Source: Denitrovibrio sp.
Lineage (GTDB): Bacteria > Chrysiogenota > Deferribacteres > Deferribacterales > Geovibrionaceae
Direction of reading: 5' to 3'
Assembly (NCBI GenBank): GCA_002869145.1
Contig: PKTM01000027.1
Coordinates: 134,243-198,242, forward strand
DNA: 64,000 bases
Shown here: one piece after another, positions 29,434-39,731 of the stretch
Layout: each line of letters opens with the position of its first letter
Position numbering within the stretch: position 1 is the stretch's first letter
Notes under the pieces: model-generated
What the model was told of the DNA's origin: nothing
The model's database searches: none
What the model saw: only the letters and a program-made list of their open reading frames with translations
Position numbers and translations under genes: made by a program

Positions 29434-30435
29434 TTAGCGCCTGCGCTTCTGGTGACGGTTCACCTCATTGATATGGTCTTTGTAGTTAGTAGAGAATATA
29501 TGCTTCCTGTCGCGATCGGCTACAAAATAAAGGTATTTAGTGTCCGCAGGGTTTACGGCTGCATCAAGTGCCACAACCGAAGGGTTGCATATAGGTGTTG
29601 GCGGGAGTCCGTTTATTTTATATGTGTTGTATGGGTTACTTTTGTCACGAAGATCGCTCTTTGTAATATTTCCATCAAAGTCGGGGTAAAGACCGTATAT
29701 AATAGTTGGGTCTGCCTGAAGGCGCATGTTATATCCAAGTCTGTTGTGAAAAACTGATGAAATTACAGGAGCTTCCGCCGGGTCGTATGTCTCCTTTTGA
29801 ATGATAGAGGCGAGAATCACAGCTTCATACCTTGTAAGTCCAAGCTTTTCTGCTTTCTCATCAAAGTTTTCAGGCATTAGCTTTAGAAATGCCTGATACA
29901 TGGATGATGCAACAAACTCAGGGGTTGAGTTGTGTGGAAAAAAGTATGTGTCAGTGTACAGAAAACCTTCTAAGGTGGCGTAGTTTTCACCTGTGAGTTG
30001 TTTTATATATTTTTTATCTTTTACAGTTTTAAGAAACATAGCAGGGCTTTCGACAATCCTTTCTGACATTCGGTTTGAAACATCATAAATGTTGTACCCT
30101 TCAGGTATTGTGACCTTCATGGTGGACTGTCTGCCTTTCATTATGGCATCTATAAGCCTTCTGACTGGCAAATCGTCTGCACGGTAATAGCCGAATTTCA
30201 TATTACGATCCAGCTTTACCTTATGTATCAGATATTCGCGGAAAAATGGGGGGGTGTCCATGTATTGAAATAGCTGTTTGTAAAGAGTGTCGAAAGTGGC
30301 ATTGCGTTCTACGTTAAGTTCTAAGGTTACAAGTGTATTGTCGAGAAATTTCTCACACTTTACAACCCATAGGCCAGCAATTGAAGTTAAAATAAAAGCC
30401 GCTAAAATAACGACTATTGCAAATATTCTTAACAT
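29434..30435 (-). CDS. mltG: endolytic murein transglycosylase MltG (YceG-like)
   Basis: N-terminal TM helix and YceG domain. Conserved ASIIQKET catalytic-Glu region. Confidence 0.75.
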   Translation of the reverse strand: MLRIFAIVVILAAFILTSIAGLWVVKCEKFLDNTLVTLELNVERNATFDTLYKQLFQYMDTPPFFREYLIHKVKLDRNMKFGYYRADDLPVRRLIDAIMKGRQSTMKVTIPEGYNIYDVSNRMSERIVESPAMFLKTVKDKKYIKQLTGENYATLEGFLYTDTYFFPHNSTPEFVASSMYQAFLKLMPENFDEKAEKLGLTRYEAVILASIIQKETYDPAEAPVISSVFHNRLGYNMRLQADPTIIYGLYPDFDGNITKSDLRDKSNPYNTYKINGLPPTPICNPSVVALDAAVNPADTKYLYFVADRDRKHIFSTNYKDHINEVNRHQKRRR

Positions 30436-30440
30436 TGCTG

Positions 30441-31559
30441 TTAACTTCTCACATCCACCATTTCGATAAATCTTTCGAAAAGATAAGTTGCATCCTGCGG
30501 GCCGGGGCCGTTTTCAGGATGGTACTGAACAGAGAACATAGGTAGAGTTTTGTGTTTCAGCCCTTCTACTGTCTGGTCATTCAGGTTTATATGCGTCACC
30601 TCAACCTGATCGCCGAGTGAATCCACATCCACAGCAAAGCAGTGGTTTTGAGGAGTTATTTCGACCTTTCCGGTTTCAAGGTCTTTCACGGGCTGGTTCC
30701 CGCCGTGGTGACCAAATTTTAGTTTATAAGTTTTTCCGCCCATGGCTAGCCCAAGTATCTGGTTGCCCAGACAAATACCGAAAGTGGGATATTTTTCTAT
30801 TATTTTTTTTGCAAGATCAATTCCGTAAACTACTGGTTCCGGGTCTCCGGGGCCGTTGGAGAGAAAAACTCCGTCAGGCTTTAGTGCTTCTATCTCGCTG
30901 AAAGACGTGGTGGCAGGCACAACAGTAACCTTGCATCCCTGATCTGCAAAATAGCGGAGGATATTTTTCTTTATACCAAAATCCACAGCAACTATGTGTC
31001 TTTTTACGTCAGTGCACTCTGTGTAGCCGTCATCAAGTGTCCATGTTTTCTGTGTCCACTCATAAGCTTTATCGCAGGTCACTTCTTTCACATAGTCCTT
31101 ACCTTCTATGCTTGGCATTTCTGCAGCCATCTTTTTAAGTTTTTCTATATCGTTTATCTCTGTGCTTATCACTGCGTTCATAGAGCCTTGCTCACGGATG
31201 TGGCGCACAAGCATTCTTGTATCAATACCTTCTATCCCGATGGTTCCCTGCTGTTTCAGAAAATCACCCAGCGACATATCAGCTCTGTAGTTGCTGTAAA
31301 TCTGGCTGTATTCTTTTACTATGAAAGCTCCAAGCCAAACCTTATCAGATTCAAAATCATCTGCGTTTATTCCATAGTTCCCTATAAGAGGGTATGTCAT
31401 GGCAACCATCTGCCCAAAATAAGAAGGATCAGTCAGTATCTCCTGATAACCTGACATAGATGTGTTGAAAACAACCTCACCCATTTTTGTTCCCTCTGCT
31501 CCGAAGCTTTCCCCTTCGAAAACAGTACCGTCTGAAAGTACAAGATAAGCTTTATTCAT
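30441..31559 (-). CDS. carA: carbamoyl-phosphate synthase small (glutamine amidotransferase) subunit
   Basis: Full-length CarA similarity. GATase catalytic Cys in GICLGNQ, and an H...E pair near the C-terminus. Confidence 0.9.
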   Translation of the reverse strand: MNKAYLVLSDGTVFEGESFGAEGTKMGEVVFNTSMSGYQEILTDPSYFGQMVAMTYPLIGNYGINADDFESDKVWLGAFIVKEYSQIYSNYRADMSLGDFLKQQGTIGIEGIDTRMLVRHIREQGSMNAVISTEINDIEKLKKMAAEMPSIEGKDYVKEVTCDKAYEWTQKTWTLDDGYTECTDVKRHIVAVDFGIKKNILRYFADQGCKVTVVPATTSFSEIEALKPDGVFLSNGPGDPEPVVYGIDLAKKIIEKYPTFGICLGNQILGLAMGGKTYKLKFGHHGGNQPVKDLETGKVEITPQNHCFAVDVDSLGDQVEVTHINLNDQTVEGLKHKTLPMFSVQYHPENGPGPQDATYLFERFIEMVDVRS

Positions 31560-31770
31560 TTATGAAACCTCAACCCTGTTGCGGGATATTATCATTCAGA
31601 AACTAACATACAATATTGCAGGTCAAACAGAAAGGATTTTAAGGATTTTTTTGATTAAATCAAGAGATGATTACAAAAAATAGTTATTAAGCTGAAATAT
31701 GTGCTGTGTAGACTAATGCTGGAAGGTATATAATGATTTATAATCAAATAGCAGCAATAAGGAGGAGAAG

Positions 31771-32067
31771 ATGAACAGTAGTGCGCCAATTCCGGATATT
31801 AACAGACTCTTCATCGGAGCAAGGATGGAGTTTGAAGTTGAGACGGTATTTGCAGAAGAGGGGGCTGTTTCGCCTGATGAAGCTCATGATTTTGACGAAA
31901 TACTTGTGCTGCTTGAGGGGTCTATTGATTTGCAGTTAGGGGAAGATAGAGAAATCTTCAAAGGTTTGGTTACGAAAGAGATTCCGGCAGGTACAAGGCA
32001 CATAATAAGAGCTCTGGAAACACCTACAAAGCTTGTGATAATACACCCAGACAGGCTTAAAAAGTGA
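31771..32067 (+). CDS. cupin-domain small protein
   Basis: 98 aa with a cupin-like beta pattern. Low information. Confidence 0.45.
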   Translation: MNSSAPIPDINRLFIGARMEFEVETVFAEEGAVSPDEAHDFDEILVLLEGSIDLQLGEDREIFKGLVTKEIPAGTRHIIRALETPTKLVIIHPDRLKK

Positions 32068-32110
32068 TAAAAAAAGGGCTGATTTTTCAGCCCTTTGTAT
32101 TTTAAAGTTT

Positions 32111-32357
32111 GTATGTTTTATGTCTGTTTATTAAAGGCACACGATGTGCCTCACGCAGCGTAGCGTAGTGTGAACCAGACTGATACTTGTACAGGCTAGT
32201 TCTTAACATAAAACTACATGGATGTATGTTTTATGTCTGTTTATTAAAGGCACACGATGTGCCTCACGCAGCGTAGCGTAGTGTGAACCAGACTGATACT
32301 TGTACAGGCTGGTTCTTAACATAAAACTACATGGATGTATGTTTTATGTCTGTTTAT
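32111..32357. repeat. 113-bp direct tandem repeat, 2 full copies plus a 21-bp partial third copy, each with two hairpins
   Basis: Unit gtatgttttatgtctgtttattaaaggcacacgatgtgcctcacgcagcgtagcgtagtgtgaacc...cataaaactacatggat starts at 32111, 32224 and 32337. One A/G difference between the full copies. The partial third copy reaches the stop codon of the minus-strand gap gene. Confidence 0.85.
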
Positions 32358-33805
32358 CAGACTCTTTCCGGATAGGTTTTCAGGCGAAGACCGCAAAGGT
32401 GTTCCGCTATTCTGTTTACCTGACGGCTGTATCCATATTCATTATCGTACCATACATAAACTACAGCTCTGTTCTTATCAACAATAGTTGCAACACCATC
32501 CACTATCCCTGAGAATTTAACTCCGACAAAATCAGTTGAAACGACTTCCGGTGAGTTAGAGTAGCCTATCTGGTCAGACAGTGATGAATCTAGAGACATG
32601 TCTCTGAGATATCTGTTCAGCTCCTCAACAGTTGTCTCTTTCTCCAGAGTAAGGTTCAGTATAGCCAGAGAAACATTTGGTGTAGGAACACGTATAGCGT
32701 TTCCAGTGAGCTTTCCAGCAAGTTCGGGAAGAGCTTTTGCAACAGCTTTCGCTGCACCTGTTTCAGTTATAACCATGTTAAGAGGCGCGCTGCGTCCTCT
32801 TCTGTCGCTTTTATGGTAGTTATCAATAAGGTTCTGGTCGTTTGTGAATGAGTGGCACGTTTCAACATGTCCGTTTACAATGCCGAAGCCGTCATTAATA
32901 ACTTTCAGGGCGGGGGCTATTGCATTTGTTGTACAGCTGGCAGCAGTTATGATGCGCTGCTCTGGTTTAATAGATGTCTGGTTTATACCGTATACGATAT
33001 TTGGCAAGTCGCCTTTTCCGGGAGCTGTGAGGACAACCTTATCCACACCTTTTGAATTCAGGTGGAGTGAAAGTCCGGCCTCGTCACGCCAGCTTCCTGT
33101 GTTGTCTATAACGATGGCTCTGTCTATGCCAAATTCAGTGTAGTCTATTTTATCAGGGCCGTCAGCGAAGATGAACTTTATGTAGTTGCCATTTACAATG
33201 ATAGCATCTTCCTCTTCGTTTACTATGATAGTTCCTTCGAAAGCGCCGTGAACAGAATCTCTGCGAAGCAGTGACGCACGTTTAGCAAGGTCTTTTTTTG
33301 CTGTGCTGCGAACTACAATAGCTTTCAGCCTGAGCCCTTTGGAAACCCCAGAGCGGTTCACAAGTATTCTTGCAAGAAGTCTTCCAATGCGTCCGAAACC
33401 GTAAAGGACAACATCTCTGTCCTCTCTTTCGTCTAAAACACCAGTGTTTACACCTGCGAGTTCTTCCTGAACAAAAATTCCGATAGGTTTTGATTTATCA
33501 GTTTTTTCATATTTTGCATAAAGTCTGCCTATGTCTATGGTGCAAGTGCAAAGCTCCATGTCAGACACAGCTTTAAGCACAGGGGATGTCTCCCTGACAG
33601 ATAGCTCGTGGTCTATGATAAGTCTGGAAAACCTGTGCGCTTTTACTATACTGACAGGGTCTTTACGTACAAGAGACTGGCTGAAAAGTCTTATAACAAC
33701 TCCGCGTTCTCTGTAGAGTTTAGTTATAAGAGGCACCATTGTTGATGCGATATCCTCTCGCTCTTTCCAGTCCTGCAAATATACGTCAGTGTTTATATTG
33801 TTCAT
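32357..33805 (-). CDS. gap: glyceraldehyde-3-phosphate dehydrogenase, long form (482 aa) with ~130-aa N-terminal extension
   Basis: NAD-binding GFGRIGR and catalytic SCTTN motifs, C-terminal WYDNEYGYS. The N-terminal 130 aa has no GAPDH counterpart. Confidence 0.8.
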   Translation of the reverse strand: MNNINTDVYLQDWKEREDIASTMVPLITKLYRERGVVIRLFSQSLVRKDPVSIVKAHRFSRLIIDHELSVRETSPVLKAVSDMELCTCTIDIGRLYAKYEKTDKSKPIGIFVQEELAGVNTGVLDEREDRDVVLYGFGRIGRLLARILVNRSGVSKGLRLKAIVVRSTAKKDLAKRASLLRRDSVHGAFEGTIIVNEEEDAIIVNGNYIKFIFADGPDKIDYTEFGIDRAIVIDNTGSWRDEAGLSLHLNSKGVDKVVLTAPGKGDLPNIVYGINQTSIKPEQRIITAASCTTNAIAPALKVINDGFGIVNGHVETCHSFTNDQNLIDNYHKSDRRGRSAPLNMVITETGAAKAVAKALPELAGKLTGNAIRVPTPNVSLAILNLTLEKETTVEELNRYLRDMSLDSSLSDQIGYSNSPEVVSTDFVGVKFSGIVDGVATIVDKNRAVVYVWYDNEYGYSRQVNRIAEHLCGLRLKTYPERV

Positions 33806-33933
33806 TTGTGAGGCTCCTGAATATTATAATATATAAGTTTTTTGTGGTATATACATACACAGATTTGCCAAAAAGGTGAAGTGGAAAATCTCACATTTGG
33901 TCAAATAATATATCTAAGGTCTTATTTTACAGC

Positions 33934-34734
33934 TTATACTTTTTTAAGCATCTCTTTAACCCCGTCTATATTAAATGGGAATACTATAGTATTTGTTCTG
34001 TCAGATGCTATCTGATTAAGCGTTTGCAGATATCTAAGCTGTATTGTGACAGGGCTCTGAGCCATTATAACAGATGCTTCGTGGAGTTTGTGTGAAGCCT
34101 GAAGTTCGCCTTCTGCGGCTATAACTTTCGCTCTTCTTTCCCTCTCTGCATCAGCTTGTTTTGCCATGGCCTTCTGCATTTCCTGTGGAAGGTCGATGTG
34201 TTTAATCTCTACAGCGCTTATTTTAACGCCCCAAGGATCTGTTTGTGAGTCTATAACGCCCTGAAGCCTTTGGTTTATCGTTTCTCTCTCGCTCAGCAGA
34301 TCGTCCAGTTCAAACTGTCCCAGAATGCTCCTGAGAGTTGTTTGTGATAGCTGACTTGTGGCATATATATAGTCGTCCACCTCAAGCACGGTTTTTTCCG
34401 GTTCAATTGCACGGAAATAAAGAACAGCGTTCACCTTGACAGAAACGTTATCTTTTGTGATTACATCCTGCGGCGGAACATCCATTACAATAGTTCTGAG
34501 GTTTACCTTCACCATCTTTTCTATCAATGGTATGAGGATGATAAGGCCAGGTCCTCTTACACTGACATAACGCCCAAGCCTAAAAACTACTCCACGCTCG
34601 TACTCTTTCAGGATTTTTATTGTATTAACAATAAGTATGAGAACTAGTGGTATCAGCACAAATGTCGGATGAAACATATTGACCTCCAACGGCATATTCG
34701 TTATTATTTTAAACCCAAAAAGGCTTATCAGCAA
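33934..34734 (-). CDS. SPFH/band-7 (stomatin-like) family protein
   Basis: N-terminal TM helix and an SPFH domain, with an Ala/Glu-rich coiled C-terminus ([22 protein letters not shown]). Confidence 0.75.
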   Translation of the reverse strand: MLISLFGFKIITNMPLEVNMFHPTFVLIPLVLILIVNTIKILKEYERGVVFRLGRYVSVRGPGLIILIPLIEKMVKVNLRTIVMDVPPQDVITKDNVSVKVNAVLYFRAIEPEKTVLEVDDYIYATSQLSQTTLRSILGQFELDDLLSERETINQRLQGVIDSQTDPWGVKISAVEIKHIDLPQEMQKAMAKQADAERERRAKVIAAEGELQASHKLHEASVIMAQSPVTIQLRYLQTLNQIASDRTNTIVFPFNIDGVKEMLKKV

Positions 34735-34806
34735 TTTATATTAATTTGTTGCCTTTGTAACAAAAAAGAAATAGTTTTAGTAAAAAATTTAAAATGGATG
34801 GTAAAT

Positions 34807-35676
34807 ATGCCCGCCAAAAGCATGACCGGTTACGGGAAACTGATAACCGGAAACGATCTCTGCGACATCAAAGTAGAGATGAAAGCTGTAAACAGCAGAT
34901 ACTTCGATTGTAATGTTAGAATGCCAAGACTTTTCAACTTCATCGAGATAAACATTAAAAATACCGCAAAAGATATACTTGCCAGAGGTAAGGTCGATAT
35001 TAATATCGATGTGAAGCTCAAAAAACAGCAGTTCAAACCTGTTCTCAGGGAAGATGCAGTATCCAGCTATTTAAGTGTTTTTGAGCAGATCAAAGATAAT
35101 TTTAAGATTGAGGGTAATGTCAGACTTGAACATTTACTCAATTTTAACGATATTCTAGAATCCGAAGAGACTGACGACATGGGAGAACAACTTGGCGAGT
35201 TTGTTGTAAACGCAGTAAAAGAGTGTGCGCTTAGCCTTGACGGTATGCGGGCAAAAGAGGGTGCAAACCTTCAGGCTGACATCACAGACAGACTTAGCAT
35301 ACTTACAGAGATAGCAGCAGAGATAGACAGCAACAGAGAGGGCGTTCTGGAACACTGGAAAGAGCGTTTTGCTAAGCGTATCAGCGAATTCGGTGTAGAT
35401 GACGAAGAACGAATTGTTCAAGAAGCAGCAATAATGGCTGAAAAAGCTGATATTCAGGAAGAGGTCACACGGATTGATTCACACGTGGAGCAGTTTCTGA
35501 AGATAATGAATAATGAAGAGAACTCCGGGAAGAAACTTGACTTCATGTGTCAGGAGCTGAACCGTGAGTTTAACACTATAGGCTCTAAAAGCGGAAAGAC
35601 TGCTATTATAAATAATGTGGTTCAGGCTAAAAGCGAGATTGAAAAAATACGCGAACAGGTGCAGAATCTGGTATGA
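34807..35676 (+). CDS. yicC: YicC-family stress-induced protein
   Basis: MPAKSMTGYG N-terminus and ELNREFNTIGSKS C-terminal motif. The track ORF extends upstream, but MPAK is the likely start. Confidence 0.8.
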   Translation: MPAKSMTGYGKLITGNDLCDIKVEMKAVNSRYFDCNVRMPRLFNFIEINIKNTAKDILARGKVDINIDVKLKKQQFKPVLREDAVSSYLSVFEQIKDNFKIEGNVRLEHLLNFNDILESEETDDMGEQLGEFVVNAVKECALSLDGMRAKEGANLQADITDRLSILTEIAAEIDSNREGVLEHWKERFAKRISEFGVDDEERIVQEAAIMAEKADIQEEVTRIDSHVEQFLKIMNNEENSGKKLDFMCQELNREFNTIGSKSGKTAIINNVVQAKSEIEKIREQVQNLV

Positions 35677-36284
35677 GGTTTACTAAAGGCAAGCTATTTG
35701 TCGTCAGCGCACCCAGCGGTGCCGGAAAAACAACTCTTTGTTCGAGGCTTCTTGGCAGGTTTGAAACCATAGGTTACTCAATATCTTATACAACAAGAAC
35801 ACCACGACACGATGAAACAGATACAGAAGACTACTATTTTGTTTCAGAAGAAGAATTTAAGAGTATGCTGGAAAACGATGAGCTTCTTGAATGGGCATGT
35901 GTGCACGGCAACTATTATGGAACATCAAAAAAACGTGTTGAAGAGATACTTGAAACCGGCCGTGATGTGCTGCTTGACATAGACCCTAAAGGCGCCCGCC
36001 AGCTAAGAGAAAAGCTAGACTACGGAATATATATTTTCATCACTGCTCCGTCTATGGAAGATCTTCGTAAAAGACTTATAAATAGAAGAACAGAAAGCGA
36101 AGAGATAATGAATGTAAGGCTTACTAACGCCAGAGAAGAAATAATGCACTACGGCGAGTATGATTATGTTATAGTGAACAGAGAGATTAACAAGGCCACT
36201 AACGAGCTTGAGTCGATATATATCGCTGAGCATCTGAGGTCTGACAATATAAAATCGTTAGAAGACATTATGGAGGTAGATTAA
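35673..36284 (+). CDS. gmk: guanylate kinase
   Basis: P-loop GAGKTTL. YTTRTPR and GMP-binding motifs. Confidence 0.9.
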   Translation: MRFTKGKLFVVSAPSGAGKTTLCSRLLGRFETIGYSISYTTRTPRHDETDTEDYYFVSEEEFKSMLENDELLEWACVHGNYYGTSKKRVEEILETGRDVLLDIDPKGARQLREKLDYGIYIFITAPSMEDLRKRLINRRTESEEIMNVRLTNAREEIMHYGEYDYVIVNREINKATNELESIYIAEHLRSDNIKSLEDIMEVD

Positions 36285-36539
36285 GTGCCGTTACTTGATA
36301 TTGAACATGTAATCAAACAAGACAATGTAAAAAGCCGTTTCAAGCTGGTTCACATCGCAGGACTCAGAGCCCGCGAACTGAACGCTCCCAAAGAAGACTC
36401 TATGAGAAGGCAGAACGAAGAATACACAAAAGTTACAACAACTGCTCTCAGTGAGATTATCGAAGGTCAGATTGCTTTTGAAAGAACAATGACCGCAGAA
36501 GAGATAGCCGAAGAAGCTGCTGATGAGGCAAATGAGTAA
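36285..36539 (+). CDS. rpoZ: DNA-directed RNA polymerase subunit omega
   Basis: GTG start. RFKLVHIAGLRARELN matches the RpoZ core. Conserved yicC-gmk-rpoZ order. Confidence 0.8.
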   Translation: MPLLDIEHVIKQDNVKSRFKLVHIAGLRARELNAPKEDSMRRQNEEYTKVTTTALSEIIEGQIAFERTMTAEEIAEEAADEANE

Positions 36540-37713
36540 TTACCTGATAGGTGTCTCAGGCGGTATAGCCTGTTACAAGACACTTACCCTTTGCAGACTG
36601 CTTATGAAAGCAGGTCATGATGTTCGTGTTGTCATGACAGAAAACGCTTGTAAATTTGTAACCCCTCTTGCCTTTGAAACTATCACTAGAAACAGGGCAT
36701 ATGTTGGGGAATTTGATGCCGGGCTCGACCCTGCTACAATAGAGCATATAGATCTTGCGGGCTGGGCAGACGAATTTGTCATAGCCCCAGCCACCGCAAA
36801 CACTATAGCGAAAATAGCACACGGCATAGCGGATAATCTGCTCACCTCCACCATACTCCCTTATAAAAAAAGGCTTCTTATAGCTCCCGCTATGAATGTT
36901 GATATGTATGCAAACCCTATAACTCAGGAAAACCTGAAAAAGGTCGAAGCAATGGGGCATATGATAATAGACCCGGGTACGGGTGAGATGGCCTGTGACG
37001 CAGAAGGCAAAGGAAGAATGGCTGAACCTGAGGATATCTTTCAGATATTAACTGCTGAGATGCCTCTTAAAGGAGTTAAGGTACTTGTGACCGCTGGTCC
37101 TACAGCAGAACCTATAGACCCTGTGCGTTACATAACAAACCGCTCCAGTGGAAAGATGGGGGCTGCCATAGCCAGAAAGGCATCAGAGATGGGTGCCGAA
37201 GTTAAGCTTATTGCAGGACCTGTAAGCATAAACCTTAACGGGCTTAATGTAACTTCCGTTACTACTGCAGAAGAAATGCTGAATGCTGTGAGAGAGAATC
37301 TCGCAGATACCGACATGTTAATAATGGCTGCCGCTGTAGCAGACTATAAGCCTGCTCAATACTCTGAAAAGAAGATTAAAAAGAACAACGAAGAGATGAA
37401 CGTTCCTCTTACTAGAAATCCTGATATTCTAAAGACAATCTCTGCTGAAAAACTTGAAAAGCAGGTCTTTGTTGGATTTGCTGCTGAGAGTAATGATGTT
37501 AAAGAGAACGCATTAGCCAAACTTCAATCAAAGAAACTCGATCTAATAGTAGCAAATGATATCTCCAGAGGGGACATAGGTTTTGAATCCGACGAGAACG
37601 AAGTCTCTTTATATTTTGCAGATGGAACAAATCTCGAATCCGGTAAAATGCATAAATCAGAAGTAGCAAAGCTTATTATCAACAGAGCATTTGATATTTT
37701 CAGAGGGAAATAA
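36523..37713 (+). CDS. coaBC: bifunctional phosphopantothenoylcysteine decarboxylase / phosphopantothenate-cysteine ligase
   Basis: N-terminal flavoprotein domain (GVSGGIACYK) and a C-terminal CoaB domain. 396 aa. Confidence 0.9.
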   Translation: MRQMSNYLIGVSGGIACYKTLTLCRLLMKAGHDVRVVMTENACKFVTPLAFETITRNRAYVGEFDAGLDPATIEHIDLAGWADEFVIAPATANTIAKIAHGIADNLLTSTILPYKKRLLIAPAMNVDMYANPITQENLKKVEAMGHMIIDPGTGEMACDAEGKGRMAEPEDIFQILTAEMPLKGVKVLVTAGPTAEPIDPVRYITNRSSGKMGAAIARKASEMGAEVKLIAGPVSINLNGLNVTSVTTAEEMLNAVRENLADTDMLIMAAAVADYKPAQYSEKKIKKNNEEMNVPLTRNPDILKTISAEKLEKQVFVGFAAESNDVKENALAKLQSKKLDLIVANDISRGDIGFESDENEVSLYFADGTNLESGKMHKSEVAKLIINRAFDIFRGK

Positions 37714-38345
37714 TGGATCTGTTTAATAAGAACAGCATAAAAGAAGTTTACGGTATAGAAGATGTCTTAGCTGAAAGATGCGAGCCTGATGGCGGCGACC
37801 CTTTTGAGGCACTCAGAGACGAGACTATAAAGTGTAAAAAATGCCGTTTACATCAAACCAGAAACAATGTCGTTTTCGGCGTTGGGAATCCAGCCGCTGA
37901 TCTTATGTTTGTAGGAGAAGGCCCCGGAGCAGAAGAGGACAAGCAGGGAGTACCTTTTGTAGGCCGTGCAGGAAACCTCCTTACAAAGATGATAGAAGCT
38001 ATGGGTTACAGCAGAGAGACTGTTTACATAGCAAACATAGTAAAGTGCAGACCCCCTGAAAACAGAAACCCTTTCGAAGACGAATCAAACACCTGCATTC
38101 CATACCTATATAGACAGATAGAATATATTAAGCCGAAAGTTATTGTATGCCTCGGAAGTGTGGCATCACAGAATCTTTTGAAGACTACTCTTGGTATTTC
38201 GAAAATCCGCGGTGAATTTGTCGATTTAAACGGCGTCAAAGTGATGCCGACTTTTCATCCTGCATATCTTCTGCGTAATGCAAAAATGAAAAAACCTTGC
38301 TGGGAAGACCTTCAAAAAGTGATGTGTGAAATTTCCCCTGATTAA
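37713..38345 (+). CDS. uracil-DNA glycosylase, family 4
   Basis: [24 protein letters not shown] and the FVGRAGNLL motif. Cys ligands for a 4Fe-4S cluster. Confidence 0.85.
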   Translation: MDLFNKNSIKEVYGIEDVLAERCEPDGGDPFEALRDETIKCKKCRLHQTRNNVVFGVGNPAADLMFVGEGPGAEEDKQGVPFVGRAGNLLTKMIEAMGYSRETVYIANIVKCRPPENRNPFEDESNTCIPYLYRQIEYIKPKVIVCLGSVASQNLLKTTLGISKIRGEFVDLNGVKVMPTFHPAYLLRNAKMKKPCWEDLQKVMCEISPD

Positions 38346-38416
38346 CAATTAATCAGTTTGTATTTTTTTAGATTTTATGGTTAAATTCATTTATTAAAAT
38401 ACATGGAGGTTGCGAG

Positions 38417-39619
38417 ATGAGGAAATTCTCCCTTTTCGGACTATTATTAGTATTATCTATTTCAATTTCTGCCTGCGTTGGCGCTCCAAAGGTAGACCCT
38501 ATGGCGTTCCAGATAACCCCTGCAGACGTGGAAAAGATCATTATCCCAGGAACTTGTCAGGCTTCTTACAAATCAGAAACACCACGCATTGCTGTTACTG
38601 CTTTCCTGAACAACACTACATATGGAAAGATGACGGCTCAAAACACTAAAACATCCGGTGAAAGTACTACAACTAAAAAGTCAGCTGCTGTTGCTGGTAT
38701 AGTTGCATCTCCGATCGGAATTGGTGTAGGTGGAGCAAGTGTATCAAAAACAGATACGAAATATTCTCAGAATGTAGACACTTTCCTTAGAGAAATTGCT
38801 CCTAATATTGGCGAATATGCTCAGTCAGCAGTTGAAAACACAATGGCTAATGTCGGTGGAGCAGACATATACGACCGCAACAACCTCCAGCAGATTATGT
38901 CTGAGCAGAAATTCCAGATGACTATTGGCGACCCTACTACTGCTGTAGAGCTTGGTAAAATGGCCGGAGTTTCTTACATTATTACTGGGACAGTTGACAA
39001 CATCACCACCAAGTATAAAGAAAAAATGAAAAACGATAGTGGTGCCACAGGCTGGCTTGCAGTTGCTGCAAGTGCTGCTACAGCTGCTGCTAACACTCAT
39101 GCAGGCTGGAATGTTGACGTAGAGGTTACTGTTAAACTTCTTGATGTTGCTACTGGCAAAATGCTCGTGAACAAAAAAGTTAAAGGTCATGAAGTTGCAG
39201 GAATGCAGAAAGACTTCAACCAAGAGATGGCTATAACCGCTGCAAAAAAAGCAATGGGAGAGGCTGTTGATGATCTGAGACCTATTTTTTCTGAAAGATT
39301 TGCTCAGAAAGGCTACATCCTTCAGCTTAAAGGTAACAAAAAAGTTGCCCTTATCAACCTAGGTACAGAGAAAGGTCTGAAATCAGGTCAGGTTATTGAA
39401 GCCTACGATTTCATGGAGATTATCGACCCTCTTACAAATGTTGCTACGTGTAACATGTCTAAGATCCCTGTTGTACTTAAAGTTTCTAACCAAATCCAGC
39501 CAAAACAGGCATGGTTAGAGGTTGACGGTAAACCAGAACTTGCTTCCAGACTTAAGCTTGGTGTTATTGTTAAGCCTGCCAAACAAAAAGGTCAGAGTTT
39601 AATGAAAAAGCTTTTTTAA
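38417..39619 (+). CDS. CsgG/HfaB-family outer-membrane lipoprotein with ~130-aa C-terminal beta-rich extension
   Basis: Lipobox LSISISAC. Alignable to E. coli CsgG segment by segment: IAVTAF~IFVSVYN, IYDRNNLQQIMSEQKF~LERQGLQNLLNERKI, AGVSYIITGTVDN~TAANIMVEGSIIG, NVDVEVTVKLLDVATGKML~QIAVNLRVVNVSTGEIL. An amphipathic Ala/Gly segment sits where the CsgG TM hairpin lies. Confidence 0.6.
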   Translation: MRKFSLFGLLLVLSISISACVGAPKVDPMAFQITPADVEKIIIPGTCQASYKSETPRIAVTAFLNNTTYGKMTAQNTKTSGESTTTKKSAAVAGIVASPIGIGVGGASVSKTDTKYSQNVDTFLREIAPNIGEYAQSAVENTMANVGGADIYDRNNLQQIMSEQKFQMTIGDPTTAVELGKMAGVSYIITGTVDNITTKYKEKMKNDSGATGWLAVAASAATAAANTHAGWNVDVEVTVKLLDVATGKMLVNKKVKGHEVAGMQKDFNQEMAITAAKKAMGEAVDDLRPIFSERFAQKGYILQLKGNKKVALINLGTEKGLKSGQVIEAYDFMEIIDPLTNVATCNMSKIPVVLKVSNQIQPKQAWLEVDGKPELASRLKLGVIVKPAKQKGQSLMKKLF

Positions 39620-39640
39620 GCTGGTTAATTATAATTTCAT

Positions 39641-39662
39641 ACGGGCGGAAATTTCCGCCCGT
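39641..39662 (+). other. stem-loop between the CsgG-like gene and the next gene (no U-tract)
   Basis: ACGGGCGGAaatTTCCGCCCGT, a perfect 9-bp stem. Possible attenuating or processing structure. Confidence 0.4.
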
Positions 39663-39731
39663 AGTTAATTCTACCTTGTATCTGAACTCATCTACTTATA
39701 TTATTAAAAAAACATTATTCGAAGGAAACAT

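Noticed and set aside
34669-34806. Upstream extension of yicC (the track ORF starts at 34669)
   Set aside because: The extension overlaps the divergent SPFH gene start region and reads as Cys/Lys-rich junk. The YicC family begins at MxxSMTGYG, which matches the Met at ~34807.
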